Virus record (IMG/VR): IMGVR_UViG_3300031133_000383
Location: 186,635 to 250,634 of that record
Length of the DNA: 64,000 bases
Reading direction: 5' to 3' (one strand)
Origin: a virus
Taxonomy: Duplodnaviria > Heunggongvirae > Uroviricota > Caudoviricetes
A program made the translations under genes and the position numbers. The stretch's first letter is position 1. The number at the start of each line of letters is the position of its first letter. Below, one piece after another: positions 19,985-28,615 of the stretch. A model generated the notes under the pieces. The model did not search any database and was not told where the DNA came from. It saw only the letters and a list, made by a program, of their open reading frames with translations.

Positions 19985-20551
19985 ATGCTTATTACTCAAG
20001 AAATGTCACATGATATTATTTATAATTCTTTCCAAGATTTTTTTGCTGCAAATGGTTTGACTCTGAAAAGTTTTCGCTTGCAGTCTAATAATTTGGTATA
20101 TGAACAGACTTATGTAGATGGTGTGACATTGGATGAAGTTAATGCATTTAAAGTTAATCCTGCTCACCCTATGTATAAAAAATTTTTAGACCATCTTAAT
20201 TCAAATTATAATTTTGAACAGGTTCTGAAAAAAGAAATTGATGATTATGATAGCTTTTTCAATCTTGAAAATAAAGAAAAAGACTATTACAGGGAATCTT
20301 CATCTTTTATTATTGATGAAAACAGTAAAATTCGTAAAATAATTACTTTTGAGTTTATAGAACTTACCTATGGCGATGACCATATGCTGCTGGTCGAATT
20401 TGAGGGGGCACCCATGACAAACAATTATTCTAGACTTTTCAACTATTACACAGAATATTTTGTTAATAGTGATATTCCAGTTGAAATTTTTAGACCTCTC
20501 AATGAACTTTCTGCAGATGAGCGACATATATTGCGTATGATTTGTATTTAA
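19985..20551 (+). CDS. C-terminal-tail family protein (…LSADERHILRMICI)
   Basis: TGCTATAAT promoter, AAGGA SD. Confidence 0.6.
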   Translation: MLITQEMSHDIIYNSFQDFFAANGLTLKSFRLQSNNLVYEQTYVDGVTLDEVNAFKVNPAHPMYKKFLDHLNSNYNFEQVLKKEIDDYDSFFNLENKEKDYYRESSSFIIDENSKIRKIITFEFIELTYGDDHMLLVEFEGAPMTNNYSRLFNYYTEYFVNSDIPVEIFRPLNELSADERHILRMICI

Positions 20552-20664
20552 CTAGATTCATACCATTATAAGTAACCTGAACGATTTTGACGGTTTTACT
20601 ATTAAATATTTTATTGAAAAATTTTTTACTGCTGATGAAATTTGGATATACTTAGGAATTATTT

Positions 20665-21279
20665 ATGAAGCAAGCATTATCTTTATTTTTACAAGAAACT
20701 TTAAACAATTATGATTATCAATATTTTATTGAAGATAATGAAATTTATAGAATGCCATCGAATCAACATGGCAAGCCTTTAGATAATAACTATCAAATTA
20801 TAGGTGAATGTTTTGTTGATGAAACACATATCTATGATGAAGATGACATTTTTTATAAAAATACATTCCATTTTTATTCAAGTGCCAATAAAGAACATAA
20901 CACTATTATGCGTAATTCTGATAGCTCGGCGACTCGAAATTTATTTTTAGCTTTTGTTGATAATATGAAATTAATTTGCCCCTATGTTTTAGAAGAGCAA
21001 AAATATTCATTAACTTCTCAATATTTCAAATACTATAATGCATTTATTTTAAATAAAGATGACTTATACACGATAGCACTGCCTGTATTTTCTATTCAGA
21101 CCAAAGAAAAAAAGCTTCATTACGAGTTTACTGCTGATAAATTGCAGGATATCGACCAACAAGTAGATTTCATTCATAATCTATTTAAAACTCATTTTTT
21201 CAAAGATATTGTTGATAAAACTGTACCAGAGATGTCACAAGAAGAAAAAAATATAATTAGAATGTATTATTCAAATTAA
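20665..21279 (+). CDS. C-terminal-tail family protein (…MSQEEKNIIRMYYSN)
   Basis: AGGAA SD. Confidence 0.6.
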   Translation: MKQALSLFLQETLNNYDYQYFIEDNEIYRMPSNQHGKPLDNNYQIIGECFVDETHIYDEDDIFYKNTFHFYSSANKEHNTIMRNSDSSATRNLFLAFVDNMKLICPYVLEEQKYSLTSQYFKYYNAFILNKDDLYTIALPVFSIQTKEKKLHYEFTADKLQDIDQQVDFIHNLFKTHFFKDIVDKTVPEMSQEEKNIIRMYYSN

Positions 21280-21293
21280 TGTGAGGATCTTTA

Positions 21294-22163
21294 ATGTATT
21301 TTGTAAAAAAATTTAAACACATTTATTATCAAAAATTTAAAAAAATGGGATTTGATTTTAATAATCCCATCTGTCGGCAAGATAAAATAAATAATTATAT
21401 TGTTGATATATATGAATTTATCAATGAAGATGCAGAAGAGTATATTACAGTCAAAGATTTTTATACTTTTAATAATATAGATAATATGTTAATGCATAAT
21501 CATTATTTTGAAATCAATTTTGATAATGATAACACTATTGAATATAAACAAAAACGATTTTGCAGTATTCTCAAAAATTGCTTAGGTGTAGATACTGACG
21601 GTGTTGAACTCATTGTTAATTCATTTATTGATTCGCTTTGCACATTGGGCATTATCAAAAAGAATACAAACTACAAAGATTTCTCAATTACTCAAATTTT
21701 CGATGTGAATGATATAAATTTTAGTATTCATAATGAAAACACGATAGAAATTAAAAATATAGAATTCAATAAAGTTTTAGATGATATAGCCGTTTTATCA
21801 AAAGGAAATTTTAAAAATATAACACTTGAAAACTTTGCTATCAACTTCAATATTGTTTTTAAAATAAAATCAACAAACTCTCAGTGGAGTCTGGTTCCAT
21901 CTACGACATTTATTGTTCCATTATTGGATGACATCTGTTTTTTAACGCTTTTAGAAGATACTCATGGTAGCAAAAAACCTGTTATTAAAACAAATAACAA
22001 CTATTATTTAATTGAAGAAAATAAGGCCCCAATAGACCTTATTCAATCACTGGTTAACGTGAAATTTAACGAGTATTTCAAAAACCAAGAAATAGATTTA
22101 CATACACTTACCTATCGGCAACTATCTCAATTCATAGAAATAAATGAGATGTTGGACGACTGA
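21294..22163 (+). CDS. hypothetical protein (…FIEINEMLDD, family-like)
   Basis: GAGGA SD. 289 aa, Asn/Ile-rich. Confidence 0.55.
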   Translation: MYFVKKFKHIYYQKFKKMGFDFNNPICRQDKINNYIVDIYEFINEDAEEYITVKDFYTFNNIDNMLMHNHYFEINFDNDNTIEYKQKRFCSILKNCLGVDTDGVELIVNSFIDSLCTLGIIKKNTNYKDFSITQIFDVNDINFSIHNENTIEIKNIEFNKVLDDIAVLSKGNFKNITLENFAINFNIVFKIKSTNSQWSLVPSTTFIVPLLDDICFLTLLEDTHGSKKPVIKTNNNYYLIEENKAPIDLIQSLVNVKFNEYFKNQEIDLHTLTYRQLSQFIEINEMLDD

Positions 22164-22186
22164 TTTCTGATTTAAATACAGAAAAT
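22163..22186. terminator. weak bidirectional hairpin between convergent genes
   Basis: tttctg-atttaaata-cagaaa. Confidence 0.3.
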
Positions 22187-22203
22187 AGGCTATTCTTTTA
22201 TGG

Positions 22204-23364
22204 TTATATTTTCTTGATTATTTTTTGATTGTTTTTATTTAATACATATTCCATCATTCCAGATTCAGCATATTTTTTACTTTCATTTTCGCCTACAACA
22301 ATAATATCAGGAATTCCTTTATTTTTCCAATTTCTTATTTTTTTTCCTAAAGATTCAGAACTTTCATCTAGCTTACATGATTTTTTATCAAATTTTGAAT
22401 GAAGTAGCTTTGCGTAGTCGGATGATTTTTCAGAAACGGGTATGATTACTGATTTTATTGGATGCAAAAAATCTGGTATATCTTTCCCAAAAGATTCCAA
22501 CAAAATACCAATCATTCTTTCTAGAGATCCAAGAACAGCATGATGCAATATAATAGGACGTTGCATTTTATTATCAGAATCAACATATTCAAGTCCAAAT
22601 CTTTCTGGTAATACATAGTCCAACTGTATAACACCCAATTGCCAAGAACGACCTAGTTTATCTTCCACCTGAAGCTCTAGTTTTGGACCATAAAAAGCCC
22701 CCTCTCCCGGCAATTCTTGAAAATCAAGGTTGTTCATGGCACAAGCTTCACGCAAGGCGGCTTCAGCCTTATCCCAAAGACTATCTTCACCAAACCTTTT
22801 TTCTGGTCTGAGAGCAATCGCATATTTTATTTTTTTGAATCCTAGTTCTTCATAGGCTTTCTTGCTCATATTGATATATTGATTAACTGAATTAATGAGA
22901 TTTTCTGGATTAACAAACACATGACTGTCATCCTGACAAAATTGTCGCTGTCTGAACAATACCTGCAAAGCTCCTGATGCTTCATTACGATACACTTCAC
23001 CAAATTCAAAAATGGGTAAAGGTAATTCTTTATAACTACGTTTTTCGGATTGATAAATTAAAATGTGATTTGGACAACTCATAGGACGCAGTGCATAATT
23101 ACTAGCTTCTGATGAATTCAAGAAAAACATGTTTTCTTTATATTTTTCCATATGGCCTGATTGTTCAAATAAATTAGCTACCACAATTGAAGGACTTTTA
23201 ACTTCAAGATAACCATTATCTTCATGATGTTTTCTAATAAAAGATTTTAGATTTTCATAAAGCTTTAATCCTTCTGGTTTCCAATAAACAACACCTGCAC
23301 TTTCACTTAACATGAAAAGATTCATTTCATTTGCCACTTGCATATATCTTTTTTCTTCATTCAT
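22204..23364 (-). CDS. thrS: threonyl-tRNA synthetase, catalytic + anticodon-binding core only (no N-terminal TGS/editing domains)
   Basis: RPMSCPNH (ThrRS motif), FRQRQFCQDDSHVF, LHHAVLGSLERMIGILLE. AGGAG SD 8 nt before ATG (MNEEKRY) at 23364. Upstream 105 nt of the ORF-finder frame lack an SD. Next upstream gene is on the other strand. Confidence 0.8.
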   Translation of the reverse strand: MNEEKRYMQVANEMNLFMLSESAGVVYWKPEGLKLYENLKSFIRKHHEDNGYLEVKSPSIVVANLFEQSGHMEKYKENMFFLNSSEASNYALRPMSCPNHILIYQSEKRSYKELPLPIFEFGEVYRNEASGALQVLFRQRQFCQDDSHVFVNPENLINSVNQYINMSKKAYEELGFKKIKYAIALRPEKRFGEDSLWDKAEAALREACAMNNLDFQELPGEGAFYGPKLELQVEDKLGRSWQLGVIQLDYVLPERFGLEYVDSDNKMQRPIILHHAVLGSLERMIGILLESFGKDIPDFLHPIKSVIIPVSEKSSDYAKLLHSKFDKKSCKLDESSESLGKKIRNWKNKGIPDIIVVGENESKKYAESGMMEYVLNKNNQKIIKKI

Positions 23365-23417
23365 TTTATTTCTCCTAGATAATTGATTATATTTTATTAA
23401 AATTAAGGCATAAAAAA

Positions 23418-23441
23418 ACCCAGCATTTAGCTGGGTTCTTG
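23418..23441 (-). terminator. hairpin cccagcatttagctggg with 7-T run on minus strand, upstream of thrS promoter
   Basis: Same hairpin family as 4392-4409/4642-4659. Confidence 0.45.
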
Positions 23442-23651
23442 GTGTGCAGGTATCAATTATTAACGACAATACCTCACCAGCCCAGCTTCGATCTGAGTTG
23501 TTGTGGTAGTTGTTGTATTCTTGACTATGTGCATTATATTTATCCTTTTTTACATTTTAATTTGAATTCTAAAATAAGTCAAGTGTTTTGAATGTATAGA
23601 GATCTCATTGATTTTAGTTTTTGATTTGTTAACCTATTAAAAGAACAGGAG

Positions 23652-24179
23652 ATGTATATGCCAGACAAACCACTACTTTGTTTTACTGAGTTTAATCCAG
23701 ATTTTATTCAAAAAGCTGATACAATTGTTAAAAAATATTGGTCTGGTGATTTTGATCCTGATCCTTATCAAGAAGGATTTATTGCTGTTCCAAATTTATT
23801 TTCATTTTATTTCTGTGCTGATGAAGGTTATAATAATTTAAAACCCGAAGTTATCTATAAGACTAGGTTTCCTTACTTATCCGAAGACGAAAATGAAGAC
23901 AATTTAGATTTTGATAGTTCAAAAATACATTGTGCTATTTTTTTTCAATGCTCCAATAATGTAAATGTTTCATTGGCTAATTTATTTGAAACTTTACTTC
24001 CAAACTACATCTTTGAAGTGGATGATGGAGCTTTTGTAGTGTCTCCTGATGAGAACCAGCATATTACTTTATTGGAAATTATGTCTTTGCTGACGGCAAG
24101 AGGCTTTATTTATGACAAAGAAAATTGTGACTTTAAAAAGTTTTTTAAAGATTTAGTGGTAATCAAAAGACCTGTATAA
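23652..24179 (+). CDS. hypothetical protein
   Basis: 175-aa ORF, ACAGGAGA SD. Confidence 0.55.
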   Translation: MYMPDKPLLCFTEFNPDFIQKADTIVKKYWSGDFDPDPYQEGFIAVPNLFSFYFCADEGYNNLKPEVIYKTRFPYLSEDENEDNLDFDSSKIHCAIFFQCSNNVNVSLANLFETLLPNYIFEVDDGAFVVSPDENQHITLLEIMSLLTARGFIYDKENCDFKKFFKDLVVIKRPV

Positions 24180-24197
24180 TGATTCATCATGAGATGT

Positions 24198-24986
24198 CTA
24201 GTAAACTTCCATTTCTTTTGTAAGCGTATAACTATGTAGATGTTTGAACTCTGATTTCAAAATATCATCTAAAAAAGAGTCCATTGAAAAATCAACTTCT
24301 TCTGATGAGGCTGTTATGCTCAGTTGTATTAATGCACTTAATTGTTCTTTGTCCAAATTTTGTAATATTTCTTCATTATTATTATTGCTGCCTAATTTGG
24401 CGGCATATATCTGATTTTCGTTATTGTCCATGTCTAAGAGAATATAAGCATAGTTGGCTTCATGATTGTTGAATACAAAAGCAACTTCTACACCTCTTTC
24501 ACGAAAATCAATTGTTAGCATGATTGGACGGGTATACCATGTAATGCTGATATTTTTTAATTGTGGATTGCACATAACTGTGATTTCGCCAGTTTGATCC
24601 TGTTTTGGAATTAATTTACTTGGATCAATATCTTCATTTAATAAGTATCTATTAAAAAAATTACACAGAAAGGATTGATACACTTTATTATTTGGTTTTG
24701 AATTCTTTATTATTTTATATTCATCTCTATATTCAAAGAAATACCCATCAACTTCATTTGTATATTTTTCGTATACAGCAAAAATTACAGAATCTTTATT
24801 AGCATCTTGTTTGGAGAGTGTATTGACTGTTTCAAAAGAGATATTGAAAATTTCTCTAATTTTATTATTCAATCCACCAATATAATTAATTAAAAGTTCA
24901 TTTTTATTCTCTAAAATAACACGTTGCATATTGCTTCCTATTTGGGTGACATACGTATCGGCATGAATAACAAGAGAATTGATCAA
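24198..24986 (-). CDS. hypothetical protein (TTG start)
   Basis: 262-aa ORF, AGGAT SD. Downstream of 25011-26108 in same operon. Confidence 0.5.
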   Translation of the reverse strand: MINSLVIHADTYVTQIGSNMQRVILENKNELLINYIGGLNNKIREIFNISFETVNTLSKQDANKDSVIFAVYEKYTNEVDGYFFEYRDEYKIIKNSKPNNKVYQSFLCNFFNRYLLNEDIDPSKLIPKQDQTGEITVMCNPQLKNISITWYTRPIMLTIDFRERGVEVAFVFNNHEANYAYILLDMDNNENQIYAAKLGSNNNNEEILQNLDKEQLSALIQLSITASSEEVDFSMDSFLDDILKSEFKHLHSYTLTKEMEVY

Positions 24987-25010
24987 AAGATCCTAAATAA
25001 AAGAAACCAA

Positions 25011-26108
25011 CTATTTGGCTTCTTTTAAATTGATCAACAATTCCATTGCTTGCTCTCGATGTTCAACAACAAAACTCTCATAGTCTTGAACAATGATTTT
25101 TAATTCATTGAGATAATCACGAATTGCTTCTTTTTCAAGCTCCGGCTTGAACTTTAACAATTGACTTCCACCAAAGAATTGTTTAACAACCTTACGCCTT
25201 TCAAGAACACTCCATGTTGCGGTTTCACTTTCTTTGAATAGAGGAAAGAGTTCATAGACCCTTTCTTTCCATTGAGCATTATTCAAAGGTGTCTTATTAT
25301 TGAAGTAGTGTTCAGCATTTTTGATTTCAATCCATTTCAGAAAACCATTATACGTAGGACGTTTACGATCTCGGGTTCTTTGTGTATGATTTCGATTTTC
25401 AAACGCATACAACTCTGGATTAAAGAATCTACTTGATGCCGCATACTCATAAACATCTTCCAGTGTATTAAAACCTTTGTGATAACGTTCAATATCATAA
25501 CCAAAGAAATCAAGAGCCAAATCCCAATCATTAGTGAGAACAATGCTTTCAAACAGATTGTCACCATCTCGAAACAAGAAACGCAGACCATCATGACCAT
25601 ATTTCAAGAAACCATTAGAGCTTGCAACAACACCCACTAGATTACCCAAATCATTCCAGTTCAAATAAGAAGAATGAAATTGATAATAATCACGCTCAGA
25701 TGCAATGAGATCAAGCTGAAAGTACACATCAGGCTCATCAGAAGGCAGTCCAATACTGATTACCATATCTTTCTTGTCTTTTGGTTTGTAAGGTAGATGG
25801 CCTTTATGCTCAAATTCAATACGAAGTAATTCCATCAGTTCTTGATAACTGACAAAATCGAAGAGTTCACCATCAACCAGCAAGTCAAGATCACCAAAGG
25901 TTTCCTTTTGACGATAAGCCTTTACTTCATGGGGAGCATCAATAATTTGAGCACCCATAGCATTGGCTTTTGAAATAGCAGCATTTAATACATTGACCAC
26001 TTTTGCAGTCAAACTATCAAAATCTTTTTTGTGAAGACGTTTAGATTGAACGCCAACTCGTTCAGGATTACTGTTCACAATTGCAAGAGCCAATGCATTA
26101 CCACCCAT
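25011..26108 (-). CDS. hypothetical protein (365 aa; weak FGDLDLLV nucleotidyltransferase-like motif)
   Basis: AAGGAG SD. Motif is weak and a G[GS] partner is absent. Confidence 0.6.
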   Translation of the reverse strand: MGGNALALAIVNSNPERVGVQSKRLHKKDFDSLTAKVVNVLNAAISKANAMGAQIIDAPHEVKAYRQKETFGDLDLLVDGELFDFVSYQELMELLRIEFEHKGHLPYKPKDKKDMVISIGLPSDEPDVYFQLDLIASERDYYQFHSSYLNWNDLGNLVGVVASSNGFLKYGHDGLRFLFRDGDNLFESIVLTNDWDLALDFFGYDIERYHKGFNTLEDVYEYAASSRFFNPELYAFENRNHTQRTRDRKRPTYNGFLKWIEIKNAEHYFNNKTPLNNAQWKERVYELFPLFKESETATWSVLERRKVVKQFFGGSQLLKFKPELEKEAIRDYLNELKIIVQDYESFVVEHREQAMELLINLKEAK

Positions 26109-26206
26109 GATGAAACTCCTTTAAAAAATAGTGACTTATTATACCATAATATAATTAAAAGAGCAAAGATTTATAAAGGCATTTAATAGTCATTTTTAAT
26201 ATTATC

Positions 26207-26983
26207 TCAATAATTTTTGATGAAATTTTCAATAAAATATTGATTCTTTGTCAACTCTTTATTGATGGTAATATTTTTATTTTTGGCAATGTAAAATTCA
26301 AAAGCCATTTTGTAAGCTGTTTCATTCATTTCAATAGCTTCATAGATATCTACAAAATGTTTTTTAGGTTCAATGTCATATTTCTTATGATAATGACGGC
26401 AAACATCCATCATGTATTCAAAAAATCCACTGTACAACATCCTAAACAATTCAGAAATCTCACCATCATCTTTATTTTCATACAAATCATTTGATTCAGC
26501 GACTTCATTTGCCCATAACCATTTATGTTCACCTGAAAAAGCTTCGTGGTTTCTGGTTTGTTCTTGAGTGAACTCAGTTAATGCTTCTTTATAATGAGTG
26601 TAACAAAAATAGGTAGACGAAATATTATGGGCCACACCGGCAGCTTCACAAACAGAACATTTGGTTAATCTGACAAACTCTTTCTCTTTCTTCATACCAC
26701 AGTGCTTACACTTGCCCATCGTTGAGTAGTCACCAAAACGTTTAAATGAGTGATTACAATTTTGATAATGTTGATAAATGCCCCATGCTTTATTTTCAGC
26801 AGATTTAATATCCGTGCCTTCACCTCGGATGTAAGAAATACCTTCGATAAAGACTTCAAAGAACGTCAGTTCACCCATACCATCAATGGAACCACCACCC
26901 GCTTGTGATCTAGCAGTATCAGGCCATTGATTAATAGTTTCATACACGAACTCATTGTTGATTAAACCTGTTCTAATTTTCAT
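26207..26983 (-). CDS. hypothetical Cys-rich protein (CKHCG…CSVCE zinc-ribbon-like)
   Basis: 258-aa ORF. Confidence 0.55.
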   Translation of the reverse strand: MKIRTGLINNEFVYETINQWPDTARSQAGGGSIDGMGELTFFEVFIEGISYIRGEGTDIKSAENKAWGIYQHYQNCNHSFKRFGDYSTMGKCKHCGMKKEKEFVRLTKCSVCEAAGVAHNISSTYFCYTHYKEALTEFTQEQTRNHEAFSGEHKWLWANEVAESNDLYENKDDGEISELFRMLYSGFFEYMMDVCRHYHKKYDIEPKKHFVDIYEAIEMNETAYKMAFEFYIAKNKNITINKELTKNQYFIENFIKNY

Positions 26984-26997
26984 TTAATATTCTCTTC

Positions 26998-27036
26998 AAA
27001 TTTTCAATATTTTATCATATTTTCAATATTTTATCA
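26998..27036. repeat. two tandem copies of 18-19-bp direct repeat (a)ttttcaatattttatca upstream of promoter
   Basis: Seen directly. Lies between divergent genes. Confidence 0.6.
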
Positions 27037-27049
27037 AACTTCTTTAAGA

Positions 27050-27077
27050 TTGACAAATTCACGTTTTTTGCTATAGT
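27050..27077 (+). promoter_or_regulatory. sigma70 promoter TTGACA-17-TGCTATAGT
   Basis: Canonical spacing. 24 nt before ATG 27101. Confidence 0.55.
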
Positions 27078-27100
27078 TGGACAACTACATTGGAGGCAAG

Positions 27101-27436
27101 ATGGCTGACACATTGGCGGTTGAACAAGCAGAGAGTGATTTGGTAGATATCTTTGAAAAAGAAGTTGATATCATTTTAGACGCACTAGGTCATCCCGAAG
27201 CACTGGTTACAGATGAATCAGAAGTAGGTGATTTTCTTATCATGATCTTTATCGAGCCAAAAACTGCCGATGATTTTAAAGAGATGAATAAAATATCAGA
27301 ATACAATAAATTGTCACTTGATCATCTTCAATCTACTTTCAACTCGGTGTGTGAAGTGAAAGCAACATCGTTGATTGGAGAACTCGCTCAACAGCTTTAT
27401 TTTCATAACGCCTCAAAGATAAGAACACTTCATTAG
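27101..27436 (+). CDS. small acidic protein (111 aa)
   Basis: GGAGG SD. D/E-rich. Confidence 0.5.
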   Translation: MADTLAVEQAESDLVDIFEKEVDIILDALGHPEALVTDESEVGDFLIMIFIEPKTADDFKEMNKISEYNKLSLDHLQSTFNSVCEVKATSLIGELAQQLYFHNASKIRTLH

Positions 27437-27488
27437 TGGTTGATTGCTTTTAAATATTATGATATGATAGCTCATATTTTTAGAGATC

Positions 27489-28100
27489 ATGTTGATGAAA
27501 AAATTTGATAGAACATTAGCGAGTCGATATCCTGTAGAGGAAACAATCAATCTGAAAAATACACGCTCATGCCGTGGATCTTCTATTCGTTTCAAGTGGA
27601 ATAATATCTATATTGTTAAAAATAGTGGCTATACCGGATGGAATTTAACATTGGATGACATTATTGGTCAATATACTAAAAAAACATTCAATGATTACAT
27701 TTTTGATTTTATTGAGCAGTATAATAAATTTTCAAATTTTTTGAATCTTCCATATCAGTCTATTATCAATAAAATTATTAAGATAGAAGTTGTTTACAGT
27801 GGCAAGAGATTTACTGATTTTAAACGTCCATCCATGATTAAAGTGGAATGGGGCTATAGTTTTTTTCATATTATTCATTTTGATAATGATTATTCTTTTT
27901 ATGAACAATATCGAGGCGAAGATAGAAATAGAAAGGGTGAAGTCTATATTCATCACCCCATTGAAAGCACTTCACAAGCTTTTGTATTAATGTTGAAAAA
28001 CAGCCACGAATTAATTCCTGCCCAATATTGTGTTGATGCTGACAAATCTGAAATAGACTATGCTTCATTAGCAACTTTAGTTGAGATGATGAGTTATTAA
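27489..28100 (+). CDS. hypothetical protein
   Basis: 203-aa ORF. Confidence 0.5.
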   Translation: MLMKKFDRTLASRYPVEETINLKNTRSCRGSSIRFKWNNIYIVKNSGYTGWNLTLDDIIGQYTKKTFNDYIFDFIEQYNKFSNFLNLPYQSIINKIIKIEVVYSGKRFTDFKRPSMIKVEWGYSFFHIIHFDNDYSFYEQYRGEDRNRKGEVYIHHPIESTSQAFVLMLKNSHELIPAQYCVDADKSEIDYASLATLVEMMSY

Positions 28101-28188
28101 TAGAACAATAGACTTTCAACATTTTTTGATGCGAAAAATCAAAATCAAAAAGTCTATTAAAATAATTTATATAAAATTTAAAAAAAAC

Positions 28189-28217
28189 TTGATTGTTTGA
28201 AAAATATCTGATACTAT
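28189..28217 (+). promoter_or_regulatory. sigma70 promoter TTGATT-17-TACTAT (TG-extended) for tRNA cluster
   Basis: 31 nt upstream of first tRNA. Confidence 0.5.
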
Positions 28218-28247
28218 AGCTTTATGAAATAAATGATGTCAAAATAT

Positions 28248-28326
28248 CGGAGTGTAGGTTAGCCCGGCTTATACCGCCTGCTTTGGGAGCAGGATGTCGC
28301 AGGTTCGAATCCTGCCACTCCGACCA
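28248..28326 (+). tRNA. tRNA-Pro (anticodon UGG), CCA encoded
   Basis: Acceptor cggagtg/cactccg. Anticodon stem cctgc/gcagg with loop tttggga. T-arm gcagg-ttcgaat-cctgc. Long D-loop. Confidence 0.75.
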
Positions 28327-28339
28327 ATTTAATAATAAT

Positions 28340-28417
28340 TGACAGGTAGCTCAGTGGGGAGAGCGGCTCCAAATTTTCGGGAGACGGTCGGGGGTTCAAA
28401 TCCTTCCTTGTCAACCA
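28340..28417 (+). tRNA. tRNA of uncertain identity with atypical (9-nt or mispaired) anticodon loop …cuccAAAUUUUCGggag…; Lys(UUU)-like?
   Basis: Acceptor tgacagg/cttgtca (U1-A72), U8, D-arm gctc-agtgggga-gagc, T-arm ggggg-ttcaaat-ccttc, CCA. Anticodon arm has 2 extra nt. Confidence 0.5.
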
Positions 28418-28426
28418 TCTTTATAT

Positions 28427-28514
28427 GGAAAAGTGGCAGAGCGGTTGAATGCAACGGTCTTGAAAACCGTCGGGTGTAAAAGCCTCGTGAGTTCGAATCT
28501 CACCTTTTCCGCCA
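28427..28514 (+). tRNA. tRNA-Ser (anticodon UGA), type II long variable arm, CCA encoded
   Basis: Acceptor ggaaaag/cttttcc. Anticodon stem acggt/accgt with loop cttgaaa. Variable arm cgggtgtaaaagcctcg. T-arm tgag-ttcgaat-ctca. Confidence 0.85.
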
Positions 28515-28519
28515 GCTTC

Positions 28520-28615
28520 GAAACAACATGGTGAATGGTAGTAGCCAATTAGGTGCAGCGGGGATCGTGCCCCCAAACTAGCTTGGTTCGAATCCAGCAG
28601 TGCATGGTGCAAAAC
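28520..28615 (+). other. tRNA-like element (T-arm ggttcgaatcc present, no foldable acceptor), possibly degenerate tRNA or att-site remnant
   Basis: T-loop consensus. GC hairpin ggggatcgtgcccc. Flanked by direct repeat catggtg(a/c)a at about 28527 and 28606. Confidence 0.3.

Noticed and set aside
25011-26108. CD-NTase/CBASS-like or RNA-ligase-like enzyme based on FGDLDLLVDGELFD
   Set aside because: There is no G[GS] motif partner. No KxDG ligase motif. No effector-like neighbour that I can recognise. Left as hypothetical with a weak motif note.
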